Positions 58,830 to 64,000 of a DNA stretch of 64,000 nt are shown here, piece by piece. The notes beneath the pieces are model-generated. The model worked only from the letters and a program-made list of their open reading frames with translations, ran no database searches and was not told the origin of the DNA. Where the stretch lies: positions 864,001 to 928,000 of the forward strand of contig CAXXTF010000002.1 of NCBI GenBank assembly GCA_963665775.2, written 5' to 3'. Within the stretch, counting starts at the first letter, position 1. The number at the start of each line of letters is the position of its first letter. Source of the stretch: Dehalococcoidia bacterium. GTDB taxonomy: Bacteria > Chloroflexota > Dehalococcoidia > SM23-28-2 > RBG-16-64-32. The position numbers were made by a program, and so were the translations under genes.

Positions 58830-59739
58830 TCAGGCGCCGTTCTTGCCCCTGCATCGTGCCAGAACCCGCCGAACGAGGCTGGCCATGCCAACCGGGTCGC
58901 GACGGTAGGCCCTTGTCGACAACGCATAAGTAGGCTGAGACGCCACAAGGAAACCGGGGCGAATTGCCTCTGTAATCCGGGCTCCTGCTTCACTTCGCAC
59001 AGTCAACACGGTGAGGTACTTAGACAATGCGTATCGACACTTCACACTGACCAACGCCCGAGATAATCCTCGACCCCGGCACTTGGAAGGTGTGAACGAT
59101 GGACCCGAAAATGCGACACCGTATGTCGGAGAAAATGCCAGAGTGATGGACACCGACGCAAGTCGACCATCAACATACGCGCCGTACCAGATTCCTCTGT
59201 CGATTGACCGCCCCCGGGTAGATGCTCGGAGATCTCATAGACCAAATTAGGCGGTTGACCTGGCCGACATCAGTGCCGGTCAGTATCCTGGCATTGCAAT
59301 CAAAGGACAGCAGGCCTTCATCTGTCACACCATATGCTGGGGCTGGGGCACCCCGCTGCAAATAGTAGTGACGCTTAAGTATTGGCCTATGTTCCGGGCG
59401 GGCCCACAGATACACGAAGCGCGGGCCAGGGTGCAAGGACAGTATGACGCCAAGCGCCTCTGGGTCGCCCATGCAGAAGAGGTCGGCCCCGAAACCGTAA
59501 AATTCGCTCCTCAGACTGTCTGTGCCGCTCATCACCAGCGCCTCGCCGGTTTCGCCTTCCGCCACGTACCACCTCGTGTACGGGAAGCGCTCCGGCTCCA
59601 GTTGGCAGATGGCATAGACTGCGAACACTCGGTCTCGCTCCAGACGAGGCAGGACTTGCGAGACCTCGGTTAGCTGTCGGATGCGGTAGGTGACACCGTC
59701 CTTGGTCACCACTTCAACAGGAGGCGGGTCATTCTCCAT
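58830..59739 (-). pseudogene. GNAT acetyltransferase, frameshifted
   Basis: ORFs 59170-59739 and 58830-59153 join by removing one base near 59211-59215; second part has GIWYGAYVDGRLAS and CRGRGLS. Confidence 0.7.
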
Positions 59740-59845
59740 GCCGTCGATTCTACCACCCGGTAGCGCCTGGGCGTTTTAGGGATCGAGAGCGAGCGGGCGT
59801 CTAAGCGAGTTACAGCCACGCCTCACAGTCAGCGGTAGCGCGGCG

Positions 59846-60397
59846 TCACGCCAGCGACCCGAGCCAATCTTCCACCTCACGCGATGAGCGTAGTTCGATA
59901 ACGGTGGCGTGATGCGGGGTGCCTGCAAATGCCATTCGGGTGCTTCTCGCGTGTGCCCGCCAGCGAATGATTCCCCGAAGCAGTATCGGGTGCCTGCTGA
60001 GGAATGCTCTCCGGAACGATTCGCGATTCGTCCCCCAGAGCAGCTCCTTGCTCCAGGACCTAGTTATTGTCCGCTTGAGGAGCCGCCAGTACGCAACTCG
60101 AAAGGGAGGGCGAAGCCATACAACCGTGTCGGCCATCGGAAGAATTGAGTCTATTACATTGCGGTAGTCACCGTCGCACACCCAGCCCTCGTCGTGCTGA
60201 GCGAGTGCTTCGACGACGTTAGCCCGGAACTCTTCAGTTGGAGTCTCCTGCCAGTTTGGCCGGTGAAAGAAGGCGTCCATCTCAACCACAGGGAGGCTTA
60301 GGGATATCCCTATCTGGCGGGCGACGGTGGTCTTCCCTGACCCCGTCGCCCCGTAAACGACTATGCGCGACCGGACGCGTGCGGACTTTCCTGCCAC
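59846..60397 (-). CDS. Adenylate-kinase-like P-loop protein (FlaR-like)
   Basis: YGATGSGKTT, WVCDGDY, ADTVVWL, LWGTNRES. Confidence 0.85.
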   Translation of the reverse strand: MAGKSARVRSRIVVYGATGSGKTTVARQIGISLSLPVVEMDAFFHRPNWQETPTEEFRANVVEALAQHDEGWVCDGDYRNVIDSILPMADTVVWLRPPFRVAYWRLLKRTITRSWSKELLWGTNRESFRRAFLSRHPILLRGIIRWRAHARSTRMAFAGTPHHATVIELRSSREVEDWLGSLA

Positions 60398-60411
60398 TGC
60401 AACGCTCAGCT

Positions 60412-60945
60412 TTATTCGGGTGCCCCATAGTCGCCCGGCTCTGGCAGTGCTGGCAGCGGGTCGGTCACGACTGTCGCTTCACCGTCGATGTACTCGACGT
60501 GGCTGCGAGATGATAACTCTATCATCTCGCAGATGAGTGCTATCCGTTCCGAGCCTTGACGGCCCTTAAGGGCTAGTTCCGCACGCTTCAGTATCTTGTC
60601 TACTGGGGTATTGGTGCCGGCGTTCACTGCCAGCGTCTCCTGGACTGTTAGTCCTTCAGCCTTGGCCTTCTCCTGCCAGTGTCCGAACTGCGTCTCCATG
60701 ATGTCGTAGCCCATCAAGGCGATACGGCGTTGAGCCTGGGTTATGGCCTCGTCTTCTTTCGCGGCCAATTCCGGCGAGTCTTGGCGCCATTGGCGTACTG
60801 TGCGTTGGGGTAATCCGGTCTCCTTCTCGATGCGTGTGCTGGAGTAGCCCATTAGTAGGAGGGCACGGACCTCGGCGCGCTTCTCGTTGTCGTAGGTCTG
60901 GACTACGCGGGTAGTCGCTCGTTCCGGGTCTTCTGAACGTCTCAT
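60412..60945 (-). CDS. HTH protein resembling a phage terminase small subunit
   Basis: YDNEKRAEVRALLLMGYSSTRIEKETGLPQRTVRQW HTH followed by helical region; extended -10 6 nt upstream. Confidence 0.6.
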   Translation of the reverse strand: MRRSEDPERATTRVVQTYDNEKRAEVRALLLMGYSSTRIEKETGLPQRTVRQWRQDSPELAAKEDEAITQAQRRIALMGYDIMETQFGHWQEKAKAEGLTVQETLAVNAGTNTPVDKILKRAELALKGRQGSERIALICEMIELSSRSHVEYIDGEATVVTDPLPALPEPGDYGAPE

Positions 60946-61000
60946 GAGCCTAGTGTAGCACGGCGGTTCTGTTAAGGTGCCTCGGGCATCTGGGATGGGG

Positions 61001-61219
61001 TCAGTTTGGCCGGCGGGTTAGCTTTTGCCACATGTAGATGATTGCGCGTACGACGAGTGTCCAGAAGAGGATAGCTATCACAAGGGAAAGGAAATCCGCC
61101 ACGTCTGTGGGTAAACCAGCATCTATGTATCCTCGAATGGGCAGAACTACACCTATTCCGATGCTCCATGCTTCTGACTTTCCAAACTTCACTAGACAGT
61201 CCTTATCGCGTCGTGTCAC
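61001..61219 (-). CDS. Small membrane protein, possibly a fragment
   Basis: 72-aa ORF with hydrophobic helices, lower GC. Confidence 0.35.
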   Translation of the reverse strand: MTRRDKDCLVKFGKSEAWSIGIGVVLPIRGYIDAGLPTDVADFLSLVIAILFWTLVVRAIIYMWQKLTRRPN

Positions 61220-61299
61220 AAGCGTTTCACCGCCCTAGGGTAGCACGCGTAGCCCCGGCAGCGATTCTCCCCGCGTAGAGCCTCAGGCGGCGGGCAAGT

Positions 61300-61335
61300 C
61301 CTGCGGCGTCGCCTTTCCCCGCGACTGGCGAGATG
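61300..61335 (+). repeat. Direct repeat A, copy 2
   Basis: 35/36 identical to 53295-53330. Confidence 0.92.
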
Positions 61336-61607
61336 GCGACACTGACGCAGTGGACGCCCTGAAGGTGCTGCGACAGGTGGCTGGTCTGCCCGTTACTCAG
61401 GAGGAGCCCTGCCCGAACATCGGCAGCGACGTGGAGGTCACGGAGGACGACACCACCACGATTAGGCTGTGGGGTGACGCCGACTGCGACGGCGACGTCG
61501 ATTCGATCGATTCCCTGAAGAAGCTCATAGCGGTTGCAGGCTTGCCGGTGATCCAAGAGGAGCCCTGTCCGGATATTGGTAGCCCTGTGCGGGTACTGGC
61601 TATTTAG
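61332..61607 (+). pseudogene. C-terminal remnant with two dockerin-like repeats
   Basis: DGDTDAVDALKVLRQVAGLPVTQEEPCP and GDADCDGDVDSIDSLKKLIAVAGLPVIQEEPCP; first repeat cut at repeat A. Confidence 0.75.
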
Positions 61608-61679
61608 ACCCGAATCCACTATGCCCTCCGCTCCATCCGCACACCAGGCTGTATCCGTAGAGCACACCGAATCACTACC

Positions 61680-62169
61680 AGCTGCTATATCATTAGGATG
61701 CAGTGCTCTATCTTGCTTACTTGGCCTACATCTTGTTCGTGGCTCTAGCGCTGCGCCGAGGCTGGTCGGCTCACCTGACCGGTGCGCATATGGTCTGGCC
61801 AATCGCAATGGTTGTGTTGCCTGCTGTGCTGGCAGGAACGTTCTATCTCCTCCTGGTAAATGACGCGGCCTCTAACGAATCGCATGATGGCGGCATCCTA
61901 CACTGGATTCTTCTTGGATATGTTCTAGGTGCATCGCTATTCATCGTCGGCTCGGCACTCGGGTTGAGAGAGCGGGACTCAGGGCTTCCCTATCGCACTC
62001 TAGGCTGGAGCATTATGGCCGGAATAACGTTGATCCCGAGCTATATCTTGTTCTTGTTCGTTCCTTTGGCTGGCCTGGTCGCGTTCTGGGTGCCTCCTCG
62101 GAAGTCCCCACGGGGTCGCCTCCTCCGCCATCGGCGAGATGCCAGCTAGGTCGCGGACGAAACCGGCAG
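61680..62169 (+). repeat. Direct repeat B, copy 2 (490 bp)
   Basis: Near-identical to 54335-54848. Confidence 0.95.
61703..62149 (+). CDS. Hypothetical 4-TM membrane protein, copy 2
   Basis: 148 aa versus 156 aa for copy 1. Confidence 0.7.
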   Translation: MLYLAYLAYILFVALALRRGWSAHLTGAHMVWPIAMVVLPAVLAGTFYLLLVNDAASNESHDGGILHWILLGYVLGASLFIVGSALGLRERDSGLPYRTLGWSIMAGITLIPSYILFLFVPLAGLVAFWVPPRKSPRGRLLRHRRDAS

Positions 62170-63436
62170 CTCTACCGTCACACTGGTCCCCTCTTGCGGC
62201 ACGCTCTCAACGCGGATCGTCCCCCTGTGGCTATCGACGATCCACTTAGCGATACTCAGCCCCAGGCCGGCCCCACCAAGCTCCCGGGAACGGGACTTAT
62301 CCACCCGGTAGAAGCGATCGAAGATGTGGGGCAGCGCCTCCGACGGGATCCCCCGTCCCCTTTCGGATATCTGGATCTGAGCCCTGCCGGCGAGGGGCTG
62401 GAGGCGGACCTGTACGGAAGTACCGGAATCGCTGTACTTGATGGCGTTATCCAGCAGGATCACCAGAAGCTCTCGTAGACGGTCCGGGTCTCCCCGCACG
62501 TTCAGGGAGCCGTCGGCCTGGAGGTCGATATCGATCTCCCTGGGCTCGGCCAGCAGGCTCATCTGCCGCACGGCGTCGGCGGTCAGCTCGCCCAGCTCCA
62601 CATCGCTGAGCGAGAGCGCCGCTTGGCCGGCATCGGCGCGGGCCAGCGTCAGCATCTGGCCCACGATGCCGCTCAGGCGATCCGTCTCCCCCACGATATC
62701 ATCCAGGGAGGCCATATTGCTCTCCACGGTCTTGGCCGGGTGACGCTTGAGGAGCTCCGCGCTGGCCCGGATGAGGGAGAGCGGCGTACGCAGCTCGTGG
62801 GAGGCATCGGCCACGAAGGCCCGCTGACGGCCCATGGCGGTCTGGATAGGCGCCAGGGCACGACCAGCCAGAAGGAATCCGCCCGCCATCGCCAGGACGA
62901 AGGCGACGCCTCCTCCGATCCCCAGTATGAACAGCAGCCGCTCCAGGGCCTGCCTCTCTGACTCTGTGCTTCGACCGACCTCCAGGAACAGGGTCAGCCC
63001 ACGAGCCGCCGGGAGGGGCCGGACCAACACCCGCAGGTCGTCCCCATCCGAGGACTCCGTGTCCACGAAGCTGTGACCATCCGCTAAGGCCTGCGTCAAG
63101 GGCACCCGTGTCGGCCAGCCCGTACGGGTCGACATTTGGCGTGTTGGCCATGACTACGCCGTCTTCATCGACGAGGGCGTAGAAGTAGCCGCCCGCCGTG
63201 AAGGTAGGACCGATGGCGATGCTCGCCTGGCCACCGCCGCCTCCCCGCTCCAGCAAGGAGCGGGTCAGCCTCGGCACCTCCAGTCTCGACCGGGCCCGGA
63301 GGTCGTCGTTCACCTGGTCGAAGAGGGCGGTACGGGCGCTGAAGAAGACGGCGCCGCCGATGACGACCAGGATCAGAGCCAGTGCCGCAGCGAACCAGAG
63401 AGTGAGACGCCAGCGGGCTCTACTGAACACGGTCAA
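62146..63436 (-). pseudogene. Sensor histidine kinase, frameshifted
   Basis: N-part ARWRLTLWF plus TM; C-part FVADASHELRTP, LDNAIKY, FDRFYR, GLGLSIA; joined by removing one base at 63100-63102. Confidence 0.85.
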
Positions 63437-63965
63437 TCCCCCAGGGCGTAGCCGACGCCCCGAACCGTCCTGATCAACTTACTGAGGTGATGGCGATCAA
63501 TCTTGCTGCGCAGATAGGAAACGTATACGTCCACCAGGTTGGAGTCTGTGGCGAAGTCGTATCCCCACAGGTGATCCAGTATCTGAGTCCGGGTCACCAC
63601 ACAACCCTCGTTCCGCATCAGGAATTCCAGCAGGCTGAACTCCTTGGGGCTGAGCTCTATGGCCCGCCCGGCCCGTTCGGCGCGCCGGCGTCCAGACCCC
63701 TGACCCGGTCCTGAACGCTGTCCAGGGCGGTGAGCAGAAGGACGGGCGTATCGATCCGGTTCCGACGAAGGCTCTGGCAGAGCTCGATCCCGTCCATCCC
63801 CGGCAAAAGGACATCCAGGACCAGTACGTCGTGCGAACCCTCCATCGCCATCACCAGCCCGTCCTCGCCGTCGTGGGCGGTATCTACGGTATGCCCCTCC
63901 TCCTCCAGTACCCGACGGATGACCTGGGCCAATCGCCGCTCATCTTCGACCATGAGAATGTACAT
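63433..63965 (-). pseudogene. OmpR-family response regulator with internal deletion
   Basis: Receiver ends at GLDAGA without DDYLxKPF, then jumps out of frame to IELSPKEF...IRTVRGVGY. Confidence 0.88.
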
Positions 63966-64000
63966 GAGCCACCCTCCAAACCGATATGATAGACGCCCTT

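Noticed and set aside
53300-62170. Integron cassette array or intact prophage
   Set aside because: No attC-like inverted cores, integrase or structural genes; the repeats are pieces of local sequence

Overview
GC-rich bacterial chromosome segment, most consistent with an aerobic member of Chloroflexota (Dehalococcoidia-like). This assignment is an inference from gene content: F420-type LLM oxidoreductase, PAC2 protein, membrane cupredoxins, a dockerin-like tail and several apparently leaderless genes. Bases 1-36.7 kb are mostly housekeeping and metabolic genes: a four-gene ABC-2 exporter, an alpha-beta fused ETF, selA, a serine operon with an inserted globin, an A1-type heme-copper oxidase operon headed by an ABM-barrel/3TM/cupredoxin fusion, an OYE flavoenzyme, a methyltransferase-DUF547 operon with a 37-aa radical-SAM-like remnant, archaeal-type purO, uvrC, trmD and mog. 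Bases 36.7-53.1 kb hold a near-complete dcw cluster (mraZ to ftsZ, no murE). Bases 53.3-62.2 kb form a mosaic variable region built from three pairs of direct repeats, with truncated gene ends at the junctions and no visible integrase. It is followed by a damaged OmpR-type two-component pair. Three +1 frameshifts sit in short homopolymers and may be sequencing errors. I recognised no rRNA, tRNA, CRISPR array or transposase. All family calls are from motif recognition by eye; no database searches were run.
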